A stretch of 64,000 nt of DNA from Guillardia theta CCMP2712 (Eukaryota; Protista; Cryptophyta): NCBI RefSeq assembly GCF_000315625.1, contig NW_005434665.1:198969-262968 (forward strand), read 5' to 3'. Below, in pieces: positions 48,662 to 60,987 of the stretch (its first letter is position 1; every line of letters starts with the position of its first letter). Made by a program: the position numbers and the translations under genes. The notes beneath the pieces were generated by a model. The model was not told where the DNA came from. It was given only the letters and a program-made list of their open reading frames with translations, and searched no databases.

Positions 48662-49501
48662 CTAGTTCACTTCTACAGGTCCCGTCAAGCACTGTTCTCT
48701 CGGCTCAGCACGCTTCCTTCTATACTCCGCAGCGTCTTCATGAACCCTCCGACAGACGAACTCAAACAGCGGGGTCAAATACTCCTGCTGTCTAAGGACG
48801 GCGAGCTCTTCGATCTGATCCATTGGTTTGTTGAAGCACAGCGTCCCATGTTTGATATAGGTCACGTGGGTCCCCCACTCCTCAAGCCCATCAAAGATAT
48901 GAGTTGAGAACAGGATAGTCACCGATCTTTTCTCGTTTTCTTCCTGGAGAAACTGAAGCAAACTCTGTCTTGCCAGCACGTCAAGATCGGTAGTCACCTC
49001 ATCCAAGAGGAGGATTGCAGAAGGTTTCAAGAAAGCAAGCAGGAGTTGAACTCTGCGCTTCTTTCCATCACTGAGCTGGTTCACACGCCAGTTCAAGTCG
49101 ATATGAAACTTATCCACGATCATCTGCATCCTGTCACGGTCCCAGTCCGATAACAGGTCCAGCATGCTCCTGACACTGCAGTCCCCCCTTGGCTGCCACC
49201 TCTCACCAACAATAGTGCATTCTCCTTGACGCCAGATGTTGGTCCCACAGATGATTTCAACAGATCCACTGTTGCCAAGTCTGTTTGGCACGTATGCCTC
49301 CTTTCCAAAAACCTTGACACTTCCTTCGTAATGATACATGCCACCAACGATTCGAAGCAAGCACGTCTTTCCTGCCCCGTTGGCACCTACTACGATTGAT
49401 CGACATCCTTGTGGGAGGTCCATGCTCACGTCACTCAGCGCTCGTTCACCAGAGGGCCATGAGAAGCTGGCGCTTCTAAGGGAAATGGCGGATTCATTCA
49501 T
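48662..49501 (-). CDS. Soluble ABC ATPase, CAF16/ABCI-like
   Basis: GANGAGKT Walker A, LSDGKKRRVQLL signature, LLLDEVTTDLDVLAR, STHIFDGLEEW. No TM domain. Confidence 0.88.
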   Translation of the reverse strand: MNESAISLRSASFSWPSGERALSDVSMDLPQGCRSIVVGANGAGKTCLLRIVGGMYHYEGSVKVFGKEAYVPNRLGNSGSVEIICGTNIWRQGECTIVGERWQPRGDCSVRSMLDLLSDWDRDRMQMIVDKFHIDLNWRVNQLSDGKKRRVQLLLAFLKPSAILLLDEVTTDLDVLARQSLLQFLQEENEKRSVTILFSTHIFDGLEEWGTHVTYIKHGTLCFNKPMDQIEELAVLRQQEYLTPLFEFVCRRVHEDAAEYRRKRAEPREQCLTGPVEVN

Positions 49502-50171
49502 GGCGCTCAAAGATAATATGTGGTTGACCGAGAGATCCTGTCAACAAGAACACTTACGATGGATAAGATCAGAACTGAGACGCAAGCTATCAAGTTCCCG
49601 TGCTCTAGCTCTGCTTGCCTATGCCTGAACCTATGCCTTCCTGCAACGAGCCAAGACGGTGTAGCGTAAGAGAAGGAGAAGCACGCAATGGGGAGATACA
49701 AGGAGGAGCGTGAGGGATCGGGGTCCTTGTACGTGCAGGGAGAGCTGACTACCGGTGCTTTTGAGCGATTTTACAAGAGAAAGGACGCGGTGGTTAGTGG
49801 ACCCCACCCTCACAAGATCAGCAATATTCTTCTAGATTATGGGTGGGTGAAGTGACCCACTCACAACACCATTTATGGTAGAGAGAGGAGGGTGGGGGGG
49901 GTTGGGGGAGGGTAGGGTCATGGACCCACCCCCAGAAGATCGTGCTTTGGACCTAGCATGACCAGTGTAAAACCGTTGTGTGCTCAAAATTTCTCTATAA
50001 CGGTCAACACTTAAACGTAACGGTCTGAAACGCCCAATTAAGTTTAACTAATAATGATAGTAGAAATTCCTTTCAGTTTTGAGAGAAAAGGGTCTTCAAA
50101 TATACTCCAGATATTTCAAATTTATTTCAAAATAATCGAAATCGAGAGCCGGACAGCTGTCAGGGCTCAAC

Positions 50172-51694
50172 ATGGTGCTGGAAGCAACGGTGATCTGGTA
50201 TGGCCGAACATGAAATCTTGCAATACTTTCGAGGAACACATGTCTTTCCTGATGATGTTTCTTGTTTTTGGAGTTCTGATCATGTTCTTATAATCTGAAT
50301 TTGTTGATAGTTATGATAATTGTTGTTTTTGCAATGTTTTAAATTTTCAATTGGTCATGCTTAATCTTCATCGCGTATGGAATGAATTCTGTTGTTTGGA
50401 AGAAGATTTCGTGCATTGCACAAGTGTTTCTCATTATATTCGTGGTTTGCGCTGTCTGACTAACATTTTCTTTCTTGACAGTGTGGACAACTCTGAGTGG
50501 ATGAGAAATGGAGATTATCTTCCGACTAGGATGGAGTCTCAAGCTGACGCAGTCAATCTCATTTGTAACGTGAAAACCCAACAAAATCCTGAAAGTACAG
50601 TTGGAGTGATGACTATGGGAGGACGAAGGTAGAACATAATTTGCTGTGTACTTGCACTGATTCATTTTTCAAGCCCTGAGGTTCTTGTGACACCGACTCA
50701 TGATCTGGGAAAGATCCTCACTGCTCTTCACAATGTCAAGATTACTGGCTCTTGCAATTTCTGTTCCGCTATTCAAGTAGCTCAGCTTGCGTTGAAGCAT
50801 AGGCAGAACAAGAATCAGAGACAGCGCATTGTCGCATTCGTCGGCAGCCCACTTGAAGATGATCAAAAAGATCTTGTGAAGCTCGGCAAAAAGCTCAAGA
50901 AGAATGATGTCGCTGTAGACGTTGTCAATTTTGGTGAGACGGCAGAAAATCAAGAGAAGCTTGAGGCATTCATCGGCGCGGTGAACAAAAATGAAAATAG
51001 CAACCTTTTGACCGTCCCTCCCGGGCCTCACATTCTTTCGGACATCATTATCTCTTCAACAATTTGTAATGACAAAGATAATCAAGGCATGATGGGAGCT
51101 GGCATGGGAGGTTCGAGCATGGGTGGTGGATTTGAGTACACCGATGACGCGATGTACCCGGATCTTGCCATGGCTCTTCGTATTTCTGCCGAAGAAGAAA
51201 GACAGAGGCAGGAGCGCGAGGCCAAAAAGGCTGCAGAAGAAGGCAAACCTGCAGAAGGCGGATCGACTGAACCAGCAGCTGCCTCTGCTCAGGAGACTTC
51301 AATGTATGAAGACGATGACGATATGCTTCAACAAGCGCTGGCCATGTCCATGCAGCAGGCACAACCGAATGCTAGCACATCAGAAGCTGCTAAGGAGGGT
51401 TCAAGCGCAAAGGCGACAGGAGGGGCTGAACCCATGGAGGAGGACGACGAGCTTCAGAAAGCACTGCAGCTCTCGATGGCAGGTGACACAGGTTCAGGTG
51501 CTGCTGCCCAGGGTCTCTTGCAAAACGCTGAGTTCCTGACCAACGTTCTTTCATCCTTGCCTGGTGTTGATACCTCGGATCCCCGTGTTCAAGGAGTTCT
51601 TGTCGGGATGAAAGGAGAAGATGGAGAGAAGAAGGGAGACGAGAAGTCGGGCGAGGAAAAGAAGGATGATGAGATGAAGGATGGGGCGAAGTAG
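50172..51694 (+). CDS. RPN10: 26S proteasome ubiquitin receptor RPN10 (vWA plus UIMs)
   Basis: MVLEATVIC | [39 protein letters not shown], UIMs [25 protein letters not shown]. Confidence 0.96.
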
Positions 51695-51903
51695 AGCAGC
51701 TTGTTGGAAACTGAGCTTCGGTGCGTAGGGCAGCTGTCAAAACCTGAAACAATCTCCTTGAGGAATTGTCAATATATCACAAATTGTCGTTTCGATTCTC
51801 TGTGCTCGTGTTGCAATTTTCACAAACTCGTGGGTGAAAAGAATCCTCATTTCATTTTTCGATTCTAAACCTCTAAAAGATCATTTGCCGAACACTTGCA
51901 GTT

Positions 51904-52904
51904 TCAGTCCAGATTGAAACGCAGTAAAAAGTTGCACATCATCTCAGTATCTTCTTGTTCCTCTGCACCAGTTGCGATGCTTCCCATGTTGCCTCTGAGT
52001 TTTGCGGTTTCCACACGAAGGCACAAAATTAAAAAACGGAGGAGGGACCTCTTCGAAACCTTACAGTCAACCATCTTGAAAATCTCGTCGTAGTTTGCTT
52101 TGACAAGATTAAATGTGGATTCTCCGCGTGAAGCAAATCTTGCGTCAAAGATAGTTATAATCTCATTCTCCTCATCATCACTTGTCTCATCGTGATCATC
52201 CATCTTCTTGCTCCCAGTCTCTTCGTCCTCGTCCTCGTCCTCGTCCTCTTCCCCCTCCATACTATATGTAAGACTCATTTCTTCTACAAAGCCCTCATTG
52301 TCATCTTCATGCCAATAGCACTCCATAGTTACAAGAACGGTGCCCGCAACTGATTCGATTGCTATTGTGTTGCATACACTGCAGTATTCGTGCCGAGGAC
52401 CAAGAGTCCAGTCCTTATCCTTGGATTTCGTGTGGGAGACGACAGCACACTTGGAAAAGAGCTCTTTCAAATGCTTCTTCTCTTTCGTTTCGAACAGGAC
52501 CTTTTCTCCATGATGAGAAAGAACTCTTTCGAACATTTTGTTCAGAGTGGCCGTGTAAAGCATGTTCCTCACTCCTTCTTTCACCTTCAACACGAGCATT
52601 CAGCACGTTAGCGTCCAAATATCTAAAAGGGTACCTGATCAAAAGCTTCTTCTAGCTCTTCGACAGTCTGAAGCTCTTCGAAGACAGACAATGTATTCCC
52701 CACTACCAACTCTACCGGAGAAGAGTCATGTAGCATTTCGCAACCTCCATCACAGGATTCATCGTCGCAGCAGCCTTCATCGATAATTTCTGCAGGAGTT
52801 TCCTCCTTCTTCAAACCCTTCTTTGTCCTCTTCGTCGATACTTCATCGCTTGTAGATTCTTGCCGTCTCTTGTTCTCTGTTTTCTTGGTCATCGCACCTA
52901 ACAT
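51904..52904 (-). CDS. Hypothetical acidic protein (two exons)
   Basis: ORFs 52623..52904 and 51904..52599 appear joinable by a short GT-AG intron. No family recognised. Confidence 0.55.
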
Positions 52905-54133
52905 GCAAGATATCAGCGGGAGTTCCTAGAGTTTCATCCATGTCAGGCATGCAGACGTTGTGGCTATCTGTTTCCGCCGATCCTACTTCCTTTCGTTGGC
53001 TTCTCTCATCAAGCATCAGCTCTCCTTCCTTTGCTTCGCCCTATCAAACTAGCCCTTGTGCCTTCCCTTGCGACAAAGGAATCTTTCGCAGCTTCACGTG
53101 CCGCAGTTGCGGCAAGTCACCCCCCCGGGCCCGCAGCCTCTCCATCGGGCCCCGGCGCGGCGCCGCTCCCGAGTCCACAGGCTCAGTGGGCGCGGCCCGG
53201 CCGAAGCGGCTTAGTTAGTTATAGTTACTAGTTAGTCGATTGACTCCAGGCTCGCCGGATGAATGGCCGCCAGGAGGCGAGGCTCCGAGGCTCAGTGACT
53301 GCCACCGTGGCCTCAGTCGGAGTCACTCCGGCGGTGCACTCAGTGCGGCAAGACGGAGTCCGGCGGACTCCCCGGGCCCGGACCGTTGACGCCGGGTACG
53401 GTCAACGGAGTCACGGCCGGGTGCCCTCAGCCGGCAGCCTGAGACGGACGGTCCATCGCCATGGCCAAGTTGGCAGTGGGCCAATCATGACTACCGGTTT
53501 CAAGTTGGTTCTCGCTGTCTTTCTTTTCTGAGTCGCCGTTTGGCCTGTGCGACAGTGTCAGGTTCAACGTCCAAGCCTGAGTGACCGGCCGGGCAGGTTC
53601 AACCGTCCGAGTCAGCCTGTACGGTACGGTACTCCAAGTCAGCAGTGGCACTCCCGAAGTTCAGGCAGTCATCACTGAACTGAGGCTCTACACTACCTAC
53701 TTTTTACTCAAAGTTAAGTTAAAAATCAGTACGAGGACAATAACTCCGCTGCCAGCAGTTAGGAAAGGCCGGGCCACACACCTGGCAGTGCGCTATAATT
53801 CACCAACAAAGCCCCCAGCCCACCCACCCCTCGAGCCCCCGTTATGGCTCCATGCTCCTTCCCCACCCCCACCCCCAGAGTCCCATTCCTTTACCCCCAG
53901 TTTGGCTCCATTTCACGTTACTTCGGCGTACCCAACCCATTCATAATGAGCAACTTATTTTTTTTAACCCACCCTACACATGATTGTGTGAAAATGGGGG
54001 TGGTATCCGTCTCTCACAAACTTTTTTTTGCGATTACCACTGATTTTACTACGAGCATCGCTCTACACTTGCCTTCAACAGCTACGTGCCTGAGTTGCTC
54101 CTGCTCACCTCGCTCTCCTCTCCATCTTCCCGC

Positions 54134-54359
54134 CAGTCAGTCAGTCAGTCAGTCAGTCAGTCAGTCGGTCAGTCAGTCAGTCAGTCGGTCAGTCAGTCAG
54201 TCAGTCAGTCAGTCAGTCAGTCAGTCAGTCAGTCAGTCAGTCAGTCAGTCAGTCAGTCAGTCAGTCAGTCAGTCAGTCAGTCAGTCAGTCAGTCAGTCAG
54301 TCAGTCAGTCAGTCAGTCAGTCAGTCAGTCAGTCAGTCAGTCAGTCAGTCAGTCAGTCA
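54134..54359. repeat. (CAGT)n tetranucleotide microsatellite, about 56 units
   Basis: Directly visible, with two CGGT variants. Lies just upstream of the Zn-cluster gene. Confidence 0.97.
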
Positions 54360-54412
54360 TCTTTCTCACTTCCTCCTTACATCCCCGCCACTTCCCTTTT
54401 CTCTCCAGATTC

Positions 54413-55955
54413 ATGAGTCTTGAATTTCCGGCGGCCGAAGATGTCTTTCTCCCAGTGCTCCCCGACGACCTCTTGGTCATCGATACCACCTGTAAAGACC
54501 TCCATCAGCTTCTTCAGCGATCGCTCATCAGGTCAAAGCCCCAAGGCCGAGCCTGTACCCGCTGTCGTCGTCAGAAGCTGCGATGCGACCGGCTCAGGCC
54601 GTGTCTGACTTGCTTGACACGGGGTTGTCGGGAAGAATGTGATGCAGAGATGGGTGCTACCTCCTGCCTTGCTTGCAAGACATCAAAAACAAGGTGCGAC
54701 AAGATTCGGCCTTGCTCGACGTGTGTAGCTCGCAGGAGGCCGGAGGAATGCAGAAGCGGGTCCAAGCCCAGGTCGAAGCAGTCTAGGACGAAAAAGACTG
54801 CCCCTTCCTTGGAACGAACGCCCTCGCCATTGACTCCGATGACTATCAGCGGACTTGAGACTCTTCGCCCTCTTATCGTCCTTTCGTCGAGGTCCGGCTA
54901 CAGTGAGTCGTCGGTCCTTCGGCTCATCAACGTCATGGGCCCCGGTTTCCGGACAGTCTTGAGCGCCATGGCAGCTCTGGTCGCCGACCTAAACGCCGTC
55001 CGTATCCGCAAAGGTGAAGCTCTACTTGACGGTGACGAGATGCCCTCCCTCCTCTCGCGGCCACACGTGCGAACAAAAGGAAGCAGATGGGCTGCCTGGA
55101 CGGTGCACTGCGGCGCAGGAGGGGGCGAGCGGGAGAGGATCGAGTTTGAGAGGGGGCTGGACTTCCTGTGGCGGGACGATCTTCCTGAAATGACTGAAGG
55201 AGACGAGAGTCGTACGCAAAGGCTGGTTGAATGTGAGCCAGGGAGGATGGAGCGAGAGATGCCGACGTCCGACGTAGAGTATCTGTGCATGCTCGTAGAC
55301 GAGCTCCTGTCCTACAGGAATGCTCGGACAGTCATGTACCACAGGCTGTGCGGCAGGTCGGTAGCAGGGCTACTTGAAGACACCATCCTAGTGCGATACA
55401 CTACCGTGAAGGAGGAAGATGAAACTGGACGTCTGGTGAACAGCTCACACCTGCTGGAGGCGCTTGAGGCCGAGGAGTGGGAGCAGGAACAGCGAACCCC
55501 CGCAAACAGGTGAGGAGAGGATGAATCTTGTGAGAGAAGAAGGGGAGAGAGGAAGAGGAGAGAGGAAAGGGAGGGAGGAAGGGGAGGGAGGAGGAGGAAA
55601 AGGTGCTCACGGGTTTTGTTTGGCAGGTCCACGTACCTGCAGCTTCGAAGCTACTTGGGAGAGGAGCCGACAGGCGAGGAGGTCACGAGGGCGCACCGGA
55701 CGGACATGGTGAGAAGGAGGCAGGGACCAGCTGTGAGGAATGGGAGCTGACCATAAGATGATACAGTTGTTCGAGGAGGACTTCAGCAGCATGGCACAAA
55801 CATTGGAAGGGCAGCAAAGGATGGAAAGGATGCACTTGTTCATGGCAGAGAAGCATTCAGAGCTGGCAAGCATCGGATTCAGCCATGATGTTTTCATTCA
55901 AGACGACAGTTCAATTTGTAGTAGCATCTCTCCAGAATTGAGCATGATATTGTGA
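54413..55955 (+). CDS. Transcription factor with two Zn(II)2Cys6-like clusters
   Basis: ACTRCRRQKLRCDRLRPCLTCLTRGCREEC and SCLACKTSKTRCDKIRPCSTCVARRRPEEC. An intron follows about 55510; the 3' end is approximate. Confidence 0.82.
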
Positions 55956-56419
55956 AGGTGAAAGAGAGATTCAGTAATACACGAGATCGCAGTAAAAAAG
56001 ACACATTACAGTAATTAAATTGGAATTGGGACATGAAACACTGTGTCAGGAAGGAGGAGATCTTCAACACACGGAGTCTGTTCTTACCTCGGACGACAGT
56101 GTATTGAAATACACCACCCTGTCATCGGAGGATCAGTAGAACGAGTCAAGGGATTTCAGTCTGATAGGTGCAAGTTCAGAGCGCAGCAATAAAATAGTTC
56201 TTGTAGCATGAGAGAGTCCGCAGCATGACAACCAGTGTCAGCTTTGTCTTGACATCAACATTCAGTCGAGTATGGAAGAAACTTGTCATGGTGGTATCGC
56301 TGCTGCTCTGTCATAATTTGACTGTTTAATCACGTGACAGGACAATGATAGTCGGCTGGTCTACCCACCACCTCAAGTCTTGCGACACGTTTACCCTCCT
56401 TCTCTTTCTCTCCTCTTCA

Positions 56420-57976
56420 TCAGCCCCCTCCGCCTCCATCTCCCCCTCCGCCTCCGTCTCCTCCACCACCGCCTCCCCCTGAAACAAAAGTCAATCGATG
56501 CAAGACTCACGAGTCAGCCAGGTGTATCAAACCTTGCGCAAAGAGAGCTCCAATCTGCTCGACGTGTCAACGAGAGAGTAGATAAAAAAGTCACAACACC
56601 TTGCATGCTGGAAGTGTCTGAAAGACGATCAATCCTGGGCCCGTGTACTCCGTGTTGAACAGGCCCTGCCATGGACAAACTCGTTACATCATGTCTCCTC
56701 CGCAGCTCAGCCAACCTTTCCCCGCAAAACATCATGGCGCAACCTCCAGCTCGTCGGATGCTGACTTGAACAGAAGAGGACACCGCAAGCATGCAATCCT
56801 GCGGGTACATGATCCTGTCCCTTCATCCCACCCTGTCATGTACCGTATCAAGAATGTACTTCTCCCCAGCAGCAAGGGTCTTCGTAATGATCTGCAGACC
56901 CTGTCAGTCAACTTATCACATCCCTTACTCCTTGCAAGTTCACCGTCCCGCTCCCGCAGAGGAAGCAGATGCCGTTGCCTGCGGGTCCGTCACCTCCACA
57001 CGCGGCAGCAAGGGGGCATCATCACCGAAGAGCTTCGTCTGCAACAAGTTCCCTTGACCGAGACACTCCGTGAGCGATCGAGGGAAGAAAGTCTCAAACC
57101 GCAGCTCGCTGTTGACAACCAGCGTCAGACATTCAGAGGCGTTCTGTGCTATTGTACCTCCCCGTCGTGGCGAGGAAGGAGCCTTTCTGAATGGTGATGC
57201 CGCTGGTACAATACCATCACCAACACAGCAGCATTAACGAGCAAAGAGATCACGAACAACGGCTTACAGCTGCGTTTGACACGAAATGGAGGGAGGGAGG
57301 GAGGGAGGGAGGGAGGGAGGGAGACGAGAAGAAGGGATGGAGGAGGGAGTGAAGAGGTTCTCAGTTTTTACCTGTAGACTGACAAATCGATGGGGATGAC
57401 CTTGGAGGGGAACATGGATGTTGCTGAGAGAAACTTGACTGTTGATGACTCATTCTTCCACTTCAATCTGAAGATATCCTCGCTCGCCATGAAGGCTCCG
57501 AATGGATTTCGCAATGAGGTGCTGGGCTTCACTCCTTCGTCTGCGTGCACCATGCTCCCCGGTTGCATCATCACTTCCTGAACCGCAGCATATGAGTCGC
57601 CCAAACTCTGAGAGTTTCCTCACACCTGCCCAGGCTCAAGCTTGAAGACTATCAGTTGCGAGTCACTGCCAACGATTTGCCATGGAGCTGAGAGGACAAA
57701 GAGGGAGAAAGAAGGGTCACTGAAGCACTCGAGTAGTGATGTACTACCTCCTCGGAACGACAGCTTCGAGCAATCAGGAAGAGTATTCAGCCCGCTCATG
57801 TCCAGTGGAGCAAGCGCCTGGGCAACCTGGCAGACATCGAGTCTCAACCAAAGTACTCGATTGGTTGGAAATTTTCAGGTCACCGGAATGCCCTGAGCCC
57901 CTTCGACTGGACGCACGCTCATCGTGACAACAACAAATTGTTACGAGGCTCGAGATCGATCCTGTACAATCGTCAT
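56420..57976 (-). CDS. AIM24/DUF124-family protein (paralogue A); ends approximate
   Basis: WQIVGSDSQLIVFKLEPGQ | EVMMQPGSMV..FPSKVIPIDL..GELLQTKLF..GLFNTEYTGPG. Confidence 0.8.
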
Positions 57977-58502
57977 GAATAGTTTCCTGGTCTTACTTCA
58001 ACCCGGGCCTGCCTGTCTGCCTTGCTCCCTCTCTATCTCTATCTTCTCTGTATTCCTCCTTCTCTCTCTCTCTTTCTCTCTCTTCTCTGCCTGTCTGCCA
58101 TTGCTCTCAAAAATGTAATTATTAGTTTTACAACACAACAATGTCGTACTGATTTTAACAATAAAAGGGGCGAGTACATTGTTTGGAAAATTTACTTCAA
58201 GTACGGGTGGTATGATTCTGAATACCCCACCAAGGATCTTGAGTTTTCAGCTGTTTAGTAGGTTGGGGTGACAAGTATGTATCCACCACCACGGGTAGTC
58301 AGTGTATATATATGAATTGACAATCGCCTTGGGTTTTCATCAGATTTAAAATGATAAACTTGTAAAATCTACTAGGGAGAAACTGCAAATTGTTTTTAAA
58401 TTTAAAACAGATGCACCGCTACAGCTTTGTGGTACAAATGACCGAATTTATAAAACCTTTTCACTTGTCCAGTACAAGTTTTATTAGTACACTTGGGAGG
58501 CA

Positions 58503-60085
58503 TTACGGTCTCATGTACGACATGGCCCACTTGCTAAAGCTCATGCTCTGCACGTAGATGGTGCCAGGACCTGACGAGCCGTCATATCCCTCCCTTCCTT
58601 CCTCCCCCCCCCCTCCCTCCCTCCTTCCCTCCCTCCGTCCCTCCCTGCTCCGACCTCTCAATCTCTCCGCTCCTCTCCCTCCCTCCCTCGTTCTCCCTGA
58701 TCCCAAGGGATCCCTTCAATGGTGCTTCACCTGTGAATTTGGCAGTGCAGAATCCCATGCCACCGCAACAGACTACTCCAGGTCCACCCGCACATGCTCC
58801 TTCCAGTTTCACCTGTCACCGTCAAGTTACTCCCGACATCGAAAAGCCAGCAGAATCTGCACTTTCTTGTCCCAAGCGAGCAATGCAGTTGTTTGCACGA
58901 CAACTACGACGTGTCAGCACATAATAAATCGTGGCAATAGAAGTAAAGATAGTCAAGAGCTGCACCTGATTCGCCTTCTCTCAAAGTCTTCTTCATAACC
59001 GTACCTGTTCGCGAGCGGTCATATCCAATAACATACACGTCTCCACACAGCAACGGCTTCTACCTCCTCCAGCGAGGAAAGAATAACCACTACCCACGAG
59101 GGATGGGATGCAGCATCTGCATCAGCCGATGCCAAGGTCACTCTCTCACACAAGACCAGATTCATCGAGTACCCCAGCCCAAGACAGCAACACTGACTGA
59201 AGCTAGGCATGCATCTGACATGGTTGTCAGTGATACACGTGCGCATTCTCTCTTCCACTCACGAAACATTGAAGTCTGCATCCCTCCCTACAGATGCAAG
59301 CCATGACTGGCGGGTGATGTACAGGCCACTGCAGTGGAGCAGTGAGGGTGAAACCGATCAAAGAGAGCACAAGGATCAACCTAGTATGCTCGTTCATCGA
59401 CACCGGGATGATCTGATATTCCAATGAGTGCCGACAGACGAAACAACTTGAAGAAGAGCTAGCTCACCTTGGATGGGTAAGGGGGCGAGACTGTCACATG
59501 CTGCATCGCACTTAGCACACAAGAAGCCAGTCAACGTTGCTGCATGAGACCTCCAGCCGGCCGTTGACGTTCTTGTAGTGCGTGCGACAGCACAGCTCTC
59601 CAGCACACCAGCACCGTTTGCATCCGTTGAAGCAGCCCCCTGCAAAAGGCAATACGCCAGTGAGTCTTCGCTGTCTGCTTTCATGCTCTTCTCATGAGGT
59701 TACCTGTGGTGAGCTCCGGCTCTACCGTACCCGTGGTGGAGACCATAGCTCCTGGCTGGCACATCACTTCCTGCAAGCACAAGTTACTGACAGTCAAGTC
59801 CGTCACCAGCTCCTCTTCTACCTGTCCTTGTTGCAGTACCGCCAGCAACGCCTGTATGTCATCGCCAACCACTTGCCAACCTTCGCCCTTGATCAACATG
59901 TGTCAGTGTCGATCATGGTTTTGCACCATGTCACAGCAAACCTGCTCATTTGAGATGCCGGAAATAGTGAAGCCTGACTCCTTCACGATGGGGTCTACAG
60001 GGAACGAGTAAGGCATCAATGTTATCTTACTAGAAATTCTTCTACCATCGTTCATGGTAAGAGGAGTGGGAGGCATATACGACAT
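58503..60085 (-). CDS. AIM24/DUF124-family protein (paralogue B)
   Basis: WQVVGDDIQALLAVLQQGQ | EVMCQPGAMV..QIIPVSM..CCGGMGFCTAKFT | GPGTIYVQSMSFSK. Confidence 0.8.
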
Positions 60086-60987
60086 GCCTTGTTGCCCTGC
60101 GAACGCGCCGACTTAGTCCAGTCAGAGCGGATCAAGTGAGAACAAGAATGACACTATATGGTGGGTCAAGTAAGTTTTTGGCATTGTGGTAGTAGACTCA
60201 GTAGAGGACTTTTAGGCTATGACGATGAATGATTGTTAGACATGCTTGCTGTAACTGCCCGCAGTGCAAGGCGCTCACGATCACGATGCAACTGCAGGGG
60301 AGCTGAGATGAAGCCATGATCGGATCAACGGTAAGAGAGCGGCAGGGAACACCAAGACGTGTAGCGAGGAGGGAGGAGCAAAGCGAAGCAGCGGGGACTG
60401 TGGAAAAATAATTTTTAAAGATTTGCTTTTAAAATATGTAAAATACTTGTTGACACTTATAGAATGCTTTAAAATGTGGTACTGTTTTACAAGTGGGTGA
60501 AGTGCAATGGCGAGAACAATGTTTCTTCATGCCGGGATGGCGACGGGCAGGAAAGAATGGGGACACAAGGAGACACAAGATGGGGAGTGTGAGATTGTTC
60601 TTGAAGGAGGAGTGCACGATGAGGTAGTAGAAGTACGTAGACAACAAGTGCGAAGGGATAATGCTGGAGGGAGTAAGAGGAGGAATTACACGTATAGGGG
60701 AATATGATGTAGGGGGACAAGGAGTTGCTGTGAACTCCAGGAATGGAAACACTTGGAAGTATTCCGATGAAATCCAAGAGTACGACGTTTGTGTTACAAG
60801 ATTTTCTGCAGGATAGTCTTGCGGTACAAAGGCTCTTAGGCAACGATCTTGTCCTCTGCTGCTTCGAACGGCTTTTATGTTTTCTGCTCATAGCACATAT
60901 GATGTTGCATTCATGTTGAAATCTTTCTAAAAGATCTGAGTGTAAGTTGTTGAGACTGACTTCGCCTTCAGACAAGCGTTGTCCAGC

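Noticed and set aside
54086-54412. SQSV-repeat N-terminus in the 475-aa ORF
   Set aside because: Translation of the (CAGT)n microsatellite from a non-ATG start. The real start is more likely ATG 54413.
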